Below, piece by piece: positions 40,641-50,479 of a stretch of DNA of 64,000 nucleotides; the first letter of the stretch is position 1; every line of letters begins with the position of its first letter. Position numbers and translations under genes: made by a program. The DNA is from Bacteroidia bacterium. GTDB taxonomy: Bacteria; Bacteroidota; Bacteroidia; JADZBD01. The stretch covers positions 1,397 to 65,396 of the forward strand of contig JAGVMA010000063.1 in assembly GCA_020054095.1 (NCBI GenBank), written 5' to 3'. The notes below the pieces were generated by a model, which saw only the letters and a list, made by a program, of their open reading frames with translations, was not told the origin of the DNA and searched no databases.

Positions 40641-42122
40641 TTACAAGTCATCTCCTTTATCGCGGCCGAGGTAGGTCATTACGCAACGGAATCCGATATA
40701 TGATTTGGCTGTATCTTGATATTCATAAGTACGTGTACCGGTTTGCAAATAGAAACCCACATCTTTCCAAGAACCTCCACGTATTACTTTTCGTTTTAGT
40801 ACTGATGGGTCGCCATCTTTTGCATCGTATAAATAATCAGGGTTTAAATCGTGGTTAAAGTCATAAGCAGCTTCATCGTAAGCACCGCTTGTCCACTCAG
40901 ATGCGTTACCTGCCATGCAATACAAGCCCCATTCGTTAGGCGAGTACGATGTTACTTTTACTGTGTGGAATCCACCATCCACAAAGTAACTACCGCGCAT
41001 TGGTTTAAAGTTTCCTAAGAAACAACCGCGAATGTTACGGATATATGGACCTCCCCAAGGGTAAGGCGATTGATCAAGACCACCGCGAGCAGCATATTCC
41101 CACTCCGATTCGGTTGGTAAACGATAATCGTTTACTAATGTTTGACCATTAGTCATTAACCAACTGTGGTGCAAATTAGTACGCCAAATACAAAAAGCCG
41201 TAGCCTGTTTCCATGATACGCCTACTATTGGATATTCATCGTAAGCCGGATGCCAGAAATAGTTATTAGTCATTGGCTCATTAAATGAGTAGGTGAAATC
41301 GTGCACCCAGCATAATGTATCGGGGTAACAGTTAATTACATCTTTTTTAATGAATACTTTACGGTCTTTTCCGCCTTCGCCATTTACTGTGTATGAACCT
41401 AAAGAGGTATCGGCAGTGGTAAAGCCCACTCCATTGATAAACATTTTACCGTCTTCATTTGGATCAGGATCAGGGGATTTTTTCCATTGGAAACGATTGC
41501 TTTTACGAGCAGCTGTGCGAATATCAATCCACCAATATGCATAGTTTAATTTACGGCTATCTATTTCCTTTTTGCGCATAAATCTTTCGCGTTCAGGTAA
41601 ATACATGTCTTCTAAGATAGAACGGTATTCCTCATCAGGGCTATCCCATTTAATTTTATAATCCCAGCTAATAGGAACAGGATCGGGGTAAGTATTACCA
41701 ACCAAAACCGGCTGATTATAGAACCAATCTTCCTCAGGGATAATGTACTCTTCTATACCTGCATTTGCAAGCAAACGTCTGGCTATAGAATCGCGCACCC
41801 AATATACAAATTGGCGGTACTCATTATTGGTTATTTCAGTTTCATCTATATAGAATGCCTGAATAGAAACCGTTTTCGATTTTTGAGTGAACGCATAAGG
41901 AACGTCTTGGTCGCTTTGTCCCATATTGAAACTTCCCGGAGGGCAAAAAAGCATTCCGTATGGATCTTCCATGAACCATACTTCGCGCCCTTGTACGCCT
42001 ATAAGTTGTCCGTTACCTTTATTACAAGCGGTAATAAAAGATACTACTCCGGCTATAAAGATAACTGCCTTTAGGCGTTTCCAGTTTTTACCGGGGTGTT
42101 GGGTCAATTTATTGTTTTTCAT
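40641..42122 (-). CDS. gldK: T9SS ring lipoprotein GldK (PorK)
   Basis: Lipobox ITAC; FGE/SUMF1 motifs RLPTESEWEYAARGG, RGGSWKD, YIGFRCV. Confidence 0.96.
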   Translation of the reverse strand: MKNNKLTQHPGKNWKRLKAVIFIAGVVSFITACNKGNGQLIGVQGREVWFMEDPYGMLFCPPGSFNMGQSDQDVPYAFTQKSKTVSIQAFYIDETEITNNEYRQFVYWVRDSIARRLLANAGIEEYIIPEEDWFYNQPVLVGNTYPDPVPISWDYKIKWDSPDEEYRSILEDMYLPERERFMRKKEIDSRKLNYAYWWIDIRTAARKSNRFQWKKSPDPDPNEDGKMFINGVGFTTADTSLGSYTVNGEGGKDRKVFIKKDVINCYPDTLCWVHDFTYSFNEPMTNNYFWHPAYDEYPIVGVSWKQATAFCIWRTNLHHSWLMTNGQTLVNDYRLPTESEWEYAARGGLDQSPYPWGGPYIRNIRGCFLGNFKPMRGSYFVDGGFHTVKVTSYSPNEWGLYCMAGNASEWTSGAYDEAAYDFNHDLNPDYLYDAKDGDPSVLKRKVIRGGSWKDVGFYLQTGTRTYEYQDTAKSYIGFRCVMTYLGRDKGDDL

Positions 42123-42142
42123 ATTTCCTGGTTTTGTGATGC

Positions 42143-42179
42143 AAAAGGGCCTTTATACCATTAGGAGTATAAAAAGCCC
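42143..42179 (-). other. Stem-loop with short U-tract in the gldK leader
   Basis: Minus strand GGGCTTTTTATAC-tcctaatg-GTATAAAGGCCC-TTTT. Confidence 0.45.
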
Positions 42180-42198
42180 AAAGCAAATAGACCTGCTT

Positions 42199-42226
42199 TA
42201 ACGTAAGGTTTTATATAAAGGTTACA
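42199..42226 (-). promoter_or_regulatory. Putative ECF-sigma promoter upstream of gldK
   Basis: TGTAAC-N17-CGTTA; same -35 and spacing as the site at 59358-59385. Confidence 0.5.
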
Positions 42227-42239
42227 ATTATTGTTAAAA

Positions 42240-43199
42240 TTATTTTAAGAAACGTGGGTTAATGTGACTTTGTTTTTTGGTTTTAGGTACAGGTTTGAAG
42301 CAATATCCTATTAAAACCTCGAAAGTATTGCTGCTGTAGTTCTTTAAATCAGATAAAGTAACATCGTAAGCAACTCCTATTTTTAGGACATTATTTCCTT
42401 TAACATACTGATAACCAAGCATTGTTGCAATAGCATCTGTCATACGATAAGCACCGCCTAACCATACCATGTTTCTATACATTACGTTTACTCCTGCATC
42501 AAAAATAGTAGCTTTTAAATCAGATTTAACTAATACTGAAGGGATTAGCTTAAAATCAGAGCTTAAATCGAACTCATAACCTGCATTTAAAAATATGTGC
42601 TGTGCGTTTTTAAACTCAAGTGATTTAGTACCGTCTGTTTTTTTGTTTACTTGGCCAGGTAAGTGGCTTGCTGCTAAACCAATATATAATTTAGACGTAG
42701 TATAATATAAGCCAAAGTTAACATCATAAGTTATGGAAGAAATTTGGTTAGTAGGAATGCTTGGGTCGGATGCACCATCAGTTCCATCCGGAGCAAACCA
42801 ATTATCTTTAAATTTTTTCTGAATCATACCTGCATCCACACCAATACCTAATTTACCAACTGCGCCTACAGGCAAGTGGTAGGAGTATGCTCCACGTGCA
42901 AATAATGAATTATCATTACCTAATTGGTCTTGCATGATAGTTAAGCCTGCACCACCTCTCAATGCTGTATTTTGCAACACTGGTGCATCAAAGTTAACTA
43001 ACATAGTTTTAGGTGCACCCGGAAACTGTAACCATTGTTGGCGATACATTACAGCGGTACAAATACCACCACTTGTACCGGCATAACCCGGATTATAAGT
43101 TAATTTGTTTTGCATGTACTGCGAAAATTGTTGATCTTGTTGGGCAAAACCAGCTACAGCAGTGATGGTTAGCGCAATTGAAGTAATGATTTTTTTCAT
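42240..43199 (-). CDS. porP: T9SS PorP/SprF family outer-membrane barrel
   Basis: QQDQQFSQYM..YNPGYAG, YRQQW, AYD, TFEVLIGY; upstream of gldK. Confidence 0.92.
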   Translation of the reverse strand: MKKIITSIALTITAVAGFAQQDQQFSQYMQNKLTYNPGYAGTSGGICTAVMYRQQWLQFPGAPKTMLVNFDAPVLQNTALRGGAGLTIMQDQLGNDNSLFARGAYSYHLPVGAVGKLGIGVDAGMIQKKFKDNWFAPDGTDGASDPSIPTNQISSITYDVNFGLYYTTSKLYIGLAASHLPGQVNKKTDGTKSLEFKNAQHIFLNAGYEFDLSSDFKLIPSVLVKSDLKATIFDAGVNVMYRNMVWLGGAYRMTDAIATMLGYQYVKGNNVLKIGVAYDVTLSDLKNYSSNTFEVLIGYCFKPVPKTKKQSHINPRFLK

Positions 43200-43364
43200 C
43201 GTTTTTCTAAGGTTTTGATGTTTTTTTGTTCAGGGTAAACCTTTAAGGTCGGCTAAGGTAAGACTAATATTTAAAAAAACAAATTTTTTAACATTTTGGG
43301 GTTAATACCTTTCAACCATAAATTAACAAAAAGACGCACCTGCTTACTGATGGTTGCCGAGCGA

Positions 43365-44543
43365 TTAAAAACTAAATTTCTGATACGTTTGCCACCATTG
43401 GTCAGGCAATTCATCTTTTAAAGCTGTTTGGTAAGTATTGTAAGAGCATGGTACATGTGTATGCCTTTCAAAACTTAGTCTTTTGTCGGGTGGGTATGGC
43501 ACTTCCATCCACCATCGGTCAGACTTTATGCTTTTGTAAAAAACTATTTCGTTTTTGAGTTCTTTTATCGCTACGCGGTATTTTGTAAAGTCGGTTGTTT
43601 TTTTAAAAGGGTAATCGCTTTTTCGGTTATAGAAACCATCAATAAAGCACCAAATCATTTGAGCCAGCAATTGTGCACTTTGTGTGTGCTTGTCTAATTT
43701 GGGGTTGAACTCATAAAAGCCAATTGAAGTACATTTGTCGCTCATGCCTGCATAGCGCATAAGCTGGCAAATTTCATCGGCATAAAAGCCATTGGGGCCT
43801 GCTTGTGCCGATGCCGGAGAGTCGCTCATTTTTATGGCTGAAATATCCACGGAAATAATATCGGCATTGCGAATGGCGGGCTCGGTATCTTCCATATTTT
43901 GCCTCACCGAGCCAAGCCGGATAACATCAAAAAAAAGCTTGTCCATCATTCCTAAGTAATCAGGATTGGTAAGATACGTTTGATAACCTACATTACTAAA
44001 ATTAAAAAGATGATTGGGCTGATGCTGAATAATTTTACCGAGCCAGGTTTGCGATGTGAGTAAATCATCGGCAGTGCCTAAATCAAGCGAAGCATCAATG
44101 GATGTGAGATTAACAGTAGCTTCAATATTTTGATAGGCCAGATAATTGGCAAATGTTAAATGCTGTGCGCCACCAATAATGATGGGCGTTATTCTGTTTT
44201 TAATCAACTCATTTAAAACGCTACGAAGCGCAAAGTAGCTGTCATCAATAGTATGGCCGGCATTAATGTTTCCTAAATCAGCAATTTTTATTTCATGATT
44301 ACCATTAAAAAGTTTATAAAGCTGTGGCCGAACCGCATCGGCACCGCCCTGGCAATTGTTATCGGGCTGGGCATTCCGGCTTTCGTTTACTCCAAAAAAT
44401 GCTAAATTAATTTTTCTTAAATCCGGAAAAGCTGCTGACGAAAAATTAGCTGCAATGTTTTTGCCTATTGAACTATTAGCGAAATTTTCTGCCTTTAATT
44501 CATCACTTTCAATTGCTGTAAAGTAAACCGAAATATCTTCCAT
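43365..44543 (-). CDS. Arginase/formimidoylglutamase-fold protein with degenerate metal motifs
   Basis: ADLGNI, PIIIGG, PNGF, GFYEFNP; extra C-terminal FYKS..SDRWWMEVP region. Confidence 0.8.
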   Translation of the reverse strand: MEDISVYFTAIESDELKAENFANSSIGKNIAANFSSAAFPDLRKINLAFFGVNESRNAQPDNNCQGGADAVRPQLYKLFNGNHEIKIADLGNINAGHTIDDSYFALRSVLNELIKNRITPIIIGGAQHLTFANYLAYQNIEATVNLTSIDASLDLGTADDLLTSQTWLGKIIQHQPNHLFNFSNVGYQTYLTNPDYLGMMDKLFFDVIRLGSVRQNMEDTEPAIRNADIISVDISAIKMSDSPASAQAGPNGFYADEICQLMRYAGMSDKCTSIGFYEFNPKLDKHTQSAQLLAQMIWCFIDGFYNRKSDYPFKKTTDFTKYRVAIKELKNEIVFYKSIKSDRWWMEVPYPPDKRLSFERHTHVPCSYNTYQTALKDELPDQWWQTYQKFSF

Positions 44544-44633
44544 TTTTGCTTCTTAAACTAAAACGAAAGTAAGGGCAGTTTAAATTGGTTAACTGATGGC
44601 AGCCAATTGTTTATTAACAGAGTTTTTAAAAAG

Positions 44634-47192
44634 CTATTTTTTTGCGGCTACTTTTTTTGCGGCTTTCTTTACTGCTTTTTTTACAGGCTTGACAACCTTT
44701 GCAGTTATTTTTTTTGCCGCTACAGTTTTTGTTTTAGCCGATTTCTTTTTCTGGTTAAAGCCCGCTATTTCCAAGCATAAGTCTAATGTCATTTCGAGCG
44801 GGTGTTTATCAGCAGGAATTTTAAAAAACTTTTTGCCCGCTTGTATGCAAGGCCCCCAGCGGCCGTTTACTACTTTTACTCGGCTATCTTCTTCCCAATA
44901 TTTAATGAGCTTCTCTTTTTCTTTTTGAATTTTATCTTTCAGCAAAACAATTGCCTCGCTAAGAGTGATTGCAAATGGATCGGCATTTTTTGGCAAGCAG
45001 GCATTGATGGTATCGTACTTTAAGTAGTTTCCAAAAAAACCTTTGGCAACTATCACATCTTTACCTTCAAATTGACCAAGAATTTTAGGTAAACGCGGGC
45101 CTGTTAAAATTTCTTTTATACGCTCAAATGTAACCGTGTATGGGTCATCTGTTTTCGGTAAGGAAATAAATTGGTTTTGATATTTTATATACGGGCCGTA
45201 TCTGCCGATAGAAACCACCACTTCTTCGCCATCGTGCAAGCCTAAATTACGTGGCAGCTTAAATAAATCGAGTGCCTCTTCAAGCGAAATTGTTTCGATG
45301 CTTTGTCCTTTTCTGAGCGATGCAAAAATGGGTTTCACCTCATCTTCTTGTCTGCCTATCTGCGCCATCGGTCCAAAACGACCTATGCGCACTAAAATTT
45401 CTTTTCCTGTTTTTGGATCTTTTCCTAAAACGCGCTCACCACTTGCACGCTCACTATTTTCGCTGGTGTGCTCCACCGTTTTGTGAAATGGCTTGTAGAA
45501 TTCTTGCAGCATTTTTGTCCACGATAATTTTCCCTCAGCCACCTCATCAAACTCCTGCTCTACTCTTGCGGTAAAATTATAATCCATTATATCTTTAAAA
45601 TGCTGCAACAAAAAATCGGTAACTACCATTCCAATATCGGTAGGGAAAAGTTTAGATTTTTCGGCTCCTGTATTTTCGGTTTTCACTTCTTTTGTAATGT
45701 TATCGGCCTTAAGCGAAATGTGATTGTAATTGCGCTGTGTGCCTTGCCTGTCTTCTTTTACCACATATCCACGTTTTTGAACTGTGCTAATTGTGGGTGC
45801 ATAAGTGGAAGGACGACCAATGCCCAATTCTTCTAATTTTTTTACTAAGGTTGCTTCCGTGTATCGAGCCGGATGGTGTGTAAAGCGCTCTACGGCTGTA
45901 ATTTCTTGACGTGCTAGACTTTCGCCTACTTTCATTGGTGGCAATATTCCTTCTGCATTTTCCTCGTCTTCATCATCTTTTCCTTCGAGATAAACTTTTA
46001 AAAATCCATCAAATTTTAACACTTCGCCTTTGGCAATAAAATTTTCAGTGGCTGTAGAAACTTTAATAGTAACTGTTGTTTTCTCTAATTCGGCTTCTGC
46101 CATTTGCGATGCTAAAGTGCGTTTCCAAATTAAATCGTACAGGCGCATTTCTTGTACTTCGCCTTCCACACTGTGTTGGTTCATAGCTGTTGGGCGTATG
46201 GCTTCGTGTGCTTCTTGTGCACCTTTGCTTTTGGTAGCAAATTGGCGAGTTTTTACATAGCGGTCGCCATATACGCGAGCTATTTCGGCAGCGGCTTCGG
46301 TAATTGCAGTTTGCGAAAGGTTAACACTATCCGTACGCATATAAGTTATCTTTCCTTGCTCGTAAAGGGTTTGCGCTATGCGCATGGTTTGTGCCACACT
46401 GTAGCCAAATTTCCTGCTCGCTTCTTGCTGTAAGGTAGAGGTGGTAAATGGTGCCGATGGTGATTTTTTTGCCGGCTTGGTTTCTAAATTAGTGATGCTG
46501 AAATTTGCCGATTTACATTTCTCTAAAAAGGCGGTTGCATCATCAAGCGTATTAAATTTTTTGCCCAATTCGGCTTTTATAATTGCTTGGCCTTCGGTTT
46601 CGAAAATGGCGCTTACTTTATATGACGAAGTGCTTTTAAATTCCATTATTTCGCGCTCGCGCTCAACTATTAACCGCACCGAAACGCTTTGCACTCGCCC
46701 GGCTGATAAGGACGGACGAACTTTTTTCCACAAAATGGGCGATAATTCAAATCCAACTAATCTATCTAAAACTCTGCGAGCTTGCTGTGCATCTACCAAA
46801 TGCTTATCAATTGTGCGCGGGTTATCAATGGCATTCAAAATTGCATTTTTAGTAATCTCGCCATAAGTAATGCGCTTTGTTTTTTTACTGTCGAGGCCTA
46901 ATGCTTCAGATAAATGCCAGGCAATGGCTTCACCCTCACGGTCTTCGTCCGTTGCAAGCCATACTATTTCGGCAGCTTTGGCTAATTTTTTGAGTTCGGC
47001 TACCACCGCTTTCTTATCGGCCGATATTTCATATTCGGGCTCAAAGTTTTTCTCCACATTCACACCCATTCCTTTTTTTACCAAATCGCGAATATGTCCT
47101 ATGGACGATTTAACCGTAAAATCTTTACCTAAATATTTTTCAATGGTTTTGGCCTTAGCCGGTGACTCAACAATAAAAAGATTTTTGCTCAT
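44634..47192 (-). CDS. topA: DNA topoisomerase I
   Basis: IVESPAKAKTI, ATDEDREGEAI, SAGRVQS, ITYMRTD, GIGRPSTY; C-terminal GR(F/Y)GP repeats and Lys/Ala tail. Confidence 0.98.
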   Translation of the reverse strand: MSKNLFIVESPAKAKTIEKYLGKDFTVKSSIGHIRDLVKKGMGVNVEKNFEPEYEISADKKAVVAELKKLAKAAEIVWLATDEDREGEAIAWHLSEALGLDSKKTKRITYGEITKNAILNAIDNPRTIDKHLVDAQQARRVLDRLVGFELSPILWKKVRPSLSAGRVQSVSVRLIVEREREIMEFKSTSSYKVSAIFETEGQAIIKAELGKKFNTLDDATAFLEKCKSANFSITNLETKPAKKSPSAPFTTSTLQQEASRKFGYSVAQTMRIAQTLYEQGKITYMRTDSVNLSQTAITEAAAEIARVYGDRYVKTRQFATKSKGAQEAHEAIRPTAMNQHSVEGEVQEMRLYDLIWKRTLASQMAEAELEKTTVTIKVSTATENFIAKGEVLKFDGFLKVYLEGKDDEDEENAEGILPPMKVGESLARQEITAVERFTHHPARYTEATLVKKLEELGIGRPSTYAPTISTVQKRGYVVKEDRQGTQRNYNHISLKADNITKEVKTENTGAEKSKLFPTDIGMVVTDFLLQHFKDIMDYNFTARVEQEFDEVAEGKLSWTKMLQEFYKPFHKTVEHTSENSERASGERVLGKDPKTGKEILVRIGRFGPMAQIGRQEDEVKPIFASLRKGQSIETISLEEALDLFKLPRNLGLHDGEEVVVSIGRYGPYIKYQNQFISLPKTDDPYTVTFERIKEILTGPRLPKILGQFEGKDVIVAKGFFGNYLKYDTINACLPKNADPFAITLSEAIVLLKDKIQKEKEKLIKYWEEDSRVKVVNGRWGPCIQAGKKFFKIPADKHPLEMTLDLCLEIAGFNQKKKSAKTKTVAAKKITAKVVKPVKKAVKKAAKKVAAKK

Positions 47193-47428
47193 TATATCTG
47201 TAAGTTTCGCGTTTATTTAAGGTTGTTTCTAATGCTTATTTCACTAAAAAACATGAGGTGTTTTCTCTAAATTTTATTTTTTTTCGGGCTGCAAAGGAAA
47301 ACAAACTATTTTGATATTTCCAAATCTCAACTTGTAAGTGCCTCCATTTTCGGGCATTTTTAACCCATTATTTTTATCCTATTATGTAGTATGTAAATTC
47401 TTTTAGAGCGCTTTTACTCATTGATATT

Positions 47429-47466
47429 TGCCATTTTGTCACGCTCACATATTTTAGCTACTTTTG
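47429..47466 (+). promoter_or_regulatory. miaB operon promoter (-33 TTTG, -7 TACTTTTG) overlapped by TGCCA-TTT-TGTCA
   Basis: TTTG at 47435-47438, 20-nt spacer, TACTTTTG at 47459-47466; dyad at 47429-47441. Confidence 0.55.
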
Positions 47467-47510
47467 TTTCCCTGAAAAAAATTTTGGAATTTAATCAACA
47501 AAAACAAAGA

Positions 47511-48935
47511 ATGAGGCAATCGGGCGAACAAATGGAAGAAAGCAGACAAGGTGAAGCGATGGTTTTAGAAAACCCTAACGGAACCAAAAAAATGTTTTTA
47601 GAAAGTTACGGTTGCGCCATGAATTTTTCTGATAGCGAAATTGTTGCTTCGGTATTAGCCGGCAAAGGATATACATCTACCAATAACTATAAAGAAGCCG
47701 ATGTGGTTTTAATAAACACCTGCGCCATTCGCGATGCAGCCGAGCTGCGTGTGCGCAACCGGTTAAAAGAATTTAATGCCGTAAAAAAATACAATCCCAA
47801 GTTAATTGTGGGTGTTATGGGCTGCATGGCCGAGCGATTGAAATCGAAATTTCTGGAAGAAGAAAAAATAGTTGACATAGTGGTTGGCCCTGATGCTTAC
47901 CGCGATTTGCCTCATTTAATAGAATCGGTAGAAGGCGGACAAAAAGCGGTGAACGTACTTTTATCGTTGCAAGAAACGTATGCCGATATAAGCCCCGTTA
48001 GATTAGATTCTAACGGAGTTACTGCATTTATAAGCATTACTCGGGGCTGCGATAATATGTGTTCGTTTTGTGTGGTGCCATTTACACGTGGCCGCGAACG
48101 AAGCCGTGAGCCGGAAAGTATTATTAACGAAGCTCGTCAGTTATTTGAACAAGGTTACCGCGAAGTAACATTGCTGGGGCAAAACGTAGATTCTTATTTA
48201 TGGGCCGATGGAAAAGCAAAAAAAGAATTAACCGATGAAGAAGCAAAACGCGGATTTAGTTTTGCCGATTTGCTGGATGCGGTAGCAAAAATATCGCCCG
48301 AATTGCGGATACGATTTTCTACCAGCAACCCTCAAGATATGACAGATGATGTGCTGCACGCCATTGCCCGCCACGAAAACATATGCAACTATATTCACCT
48401 GCCGGTGCAAAGCGGCAGCAGCACAATGCTTAACCGCATGAATCGTGGTTACACGCGCGAAAAATATTTTGAGCGCATTGCAGCCATCCGGCAAATTATT
48501 CCCGATTGCGGATTATCAACCGATATTATTACCGGTTTTTGTGCCGAAACAGATGAGGAGCATGCCGAAACTATTTCGCTGATGGAAGCCGTGAAATTTG
48601 ATTTTGCATACATGTTTGCTTACAGTGAGCGCCCGGGCACTGCTGCTGCAAAAAAATATACTGATGATGTGCCCGAAGAAATAAAAAAAGCACGCCTGCA
48701 ACAAGTAATTGCGCTGCAACAAAAACACTCGGCCGAACGAACTAAACAAGGTGTGGGTAAAATTCACAAAGTATTGGTGGAGGGTGTTTCAAAAAAATCG
48801 AGCGAAATGTTTTATGGCCGCAACTCGCAAAACACTACTGTGGTTTTCCCGAAAGGAAACCATAAAAAAGGCGAATATGTGAATGTGCTTGCCGAGGAAT
48901 GTACGCTGGCAACTTTAATTGGAAAGGTGATTTAA
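47511..48935 (+). CDS. miaB: tRNA-2-methylthio-N6-dimethylallyladenosine synthase
   Basis: SYGCAMN, NTCAIRD, CDNMCSFC radical SAM motif, C-terminal TRAM; ATG 47511 (or 47532) rather than 47421. Confidence 0.96.
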   Translation: MRQSGEQMEESRQGEAMVLENPNGTKKMFLESYGCAMNFSDSEIVASVLAGKGYTSTNNYKEADVVLINTCAIRDAAELRVRNRLKEFNAVKKYNPKLIVGVMGCMAERLKSKFLEEEKIVDIVVGPDAYRDLPHLIESVEGGQKAVNVLLSLQETYADISPVRLDSNGVTAFISITRGCDNMCSFCVVPFTRGRERSREPESIINEARQLFEQGYREVTLLGQNVDSYLWADGKAKKELTDEEAKRGFSFADLLDAVAKISPELRIRFSTSNPQDMTDDVLHAIARHENICNYIHLPVQSGSSTMLNRMNRGYTREKYFERIAAIRQIIPDCGLSTDIITGFCAETDEEHAETISLMEAVKFDFAYMFAYSERPGTAAAKKYTDDVPEEIKKARLQQVIALQQKHSAERTKQGVGKIHKVLVEGVSKKSSEMFYGRNSQNTTVVFPKGNHKKGEYVNVLAEECTLATLIGKVI

Positions 48936-48995
48936 AAATGAGTAATACAGAAATAAATAAAACAATAATTAAGTGATTTTTTAAAATGAAAAATA

Positions 48996-49061
48996 ACTCT
49001 AATACCTTGAATCTAAAATCTAACATCTTACCTCTTGATTCTAAAATCTTGGTTCTAAAAT
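48996..49061 (+). repeat. Heptamer-periodic low-complexity intergenic repeat
   Basis: cttgaatctaaaat, cttgattctaaaat, cttggttctaaaat. Confidence 0.55.
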
Positions 49062-50280
49062 GAAAATACAAGACATAAAAAATCGTTTCGGAATTATAGG
49101 CACATCGCCTTTGCTTGATAGAGCAATGGATATTGCTATACAAGTAGCGCCTACCGATTTAAGCGTTTTAATAACAGGCGAAAGCGGAACGGGTAAGGAA
49201 GTATTTCCGCAAATTATACACCAATTAAGCAGCCGCAAGCATGGCGCTTACATTGCCGTTAACTGCGGTGCAATACCCGAAGGCACAATTGATTCGGAAT
49301 TATTTGGCCACGAAAAAGGCTCGTTTACGGGCGCTAACGAAATGCGAAAAGGATATTTTGAAGTGGCCGATGGCGGCACCATTTTTTTAGATGAAGTAGC
49401 CGAAATGCCATTGGCAACACAAGCCCGCTTGCTGCGTGTACTCGAAACGGGCGAGTTTATTAAAGTGGGATCATCTAAAGTGCAAAAAACTAATGTACGC
49501 GTGGTGGCTGCCACCAATGTTAATTTACCACAAGCGATAGAAAAAGGAAAATTCAGAGAAGATTTATACTACCGCCTCAATACAGTGCCCGTTACCGTGC
49601 CACCTTTGCGCGAACGCAAGCAAGATATTCATTTATTGTTCCGGAAATTTGCCGCTGATTTTTCGGCAAAATACCGCATGCCGAGCATTAAGCTGGATAC
49701 CGATGCCGAAAAACTACTCACCAATTATTATTACCAAGGCAACGTGCGCCAATTGAAAAATATTACCGAACAAATTTCTATCATCGAAAAAACGCGCGAC
49801 ATAAATGCCGATACTTTAATACGCTACCTCCCGCAGCATAACATTACACAACAACCCATGCTGGCTAAAGCCGATGGCGTGCAAACCGAATTTACTGAAC
49901 GCGACATTTTATACAAAATACTTTTTGATCTCAAGAAAGACATGAACGATTTAAAAAAAATTGTGGTAGATTTAATTGAAAACGACTCGGTATTAAAACA
50001 AGATTTTATGCCCGAAAACGAACACATCATCAAAAAACTTTACCAAGATGTGGGCCTTACCGAAACCACTACCCTTAAACTTGGCTACAACGAAAATAAA
50101 GATTACGATAACGGAACCATTGTGATAGAAGAACCACGATCGCTCCAGCAAGTAGAAGAAGAAATGATAAAAAAAGCATTAGAAAAATACAAAGGCAAAC
50201 GCAAACATGCCGCCAATGAATTAGGAATATCTGAACGAACGCTTTACCGAAAAATTAACGAATATGGAATAAAGGAATAG
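49060..50280 (+). CDS. Sigma54-interacting AAA+ transcriptional regulator (Fis HTH) without N-terminal sensor domain
   Basis: GESGTGKE starts near residue 40; ELFGHEKGSFTGA, FLDEV, FREDLYYRL, LGISERTLYRK. Confidence 0.93.
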   Translation: MKIQDIKNRFGIIGTSPLLDRAMDIAIQVAPTDLSVLITGESGTGKEVFPQIIHQLSSRKHGAYIAVNCGAIPEGTIDSELFGHEKGSFTGANEMRKGYFEVADGGTIFLDEVAEMPLATQARLLRVLETGEFIKVGSSKVQKTNVRVVAATNVNLPQAIEKGKFREDLYYRLNTVPVTVPPLRERKQDIHLLFRKFAADFSAKYRMPSIKLDTDAEKLLTNYYYQGNVRQLKNITEQISIIEKTRDINADTLIRYLPQHNITQQPMLAKADGVQTEFTERDILYKILFDLKKDMNDLKKIVVDLIENDSVLKQDFMPENEHIIKKLYQDVGLTETTTLKLGYNENKDYDNGTIVIEEPRSLQQVEEEMIKKALEKYKGKRKHAANELGISERTLYRKINEYGIKE

Positions 50281-50311
50281 AAAAAATTTAAAATTGTAAG
50301 TTTACAACTTT

Positions 50312-50405
50312 AAATCACTTTTAAAATAAAAAAATGGCTTTCGGAGTAAAAAAACCGGCTTTTTGCTTATAAAAAATCACTTTTGATAAGAAAAAAATGA
50401 CTTTT
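50312..50405 (+). repeat. Degenerate ~21-bp tandem repeat (5 units, A-tract..CTTT)
   Basis: CTTT cores at 50318, 50338, 50359, 50380 and 50401, each preceded by an A-tract. Confidence 0.5.
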
Positions 50406-50479
50406 AAAGCACCAAAAGTTAAAAATGAAAAAACTAAGATTAACAAATCAACAAATTACCTCACCAGCAAATTAACTAA

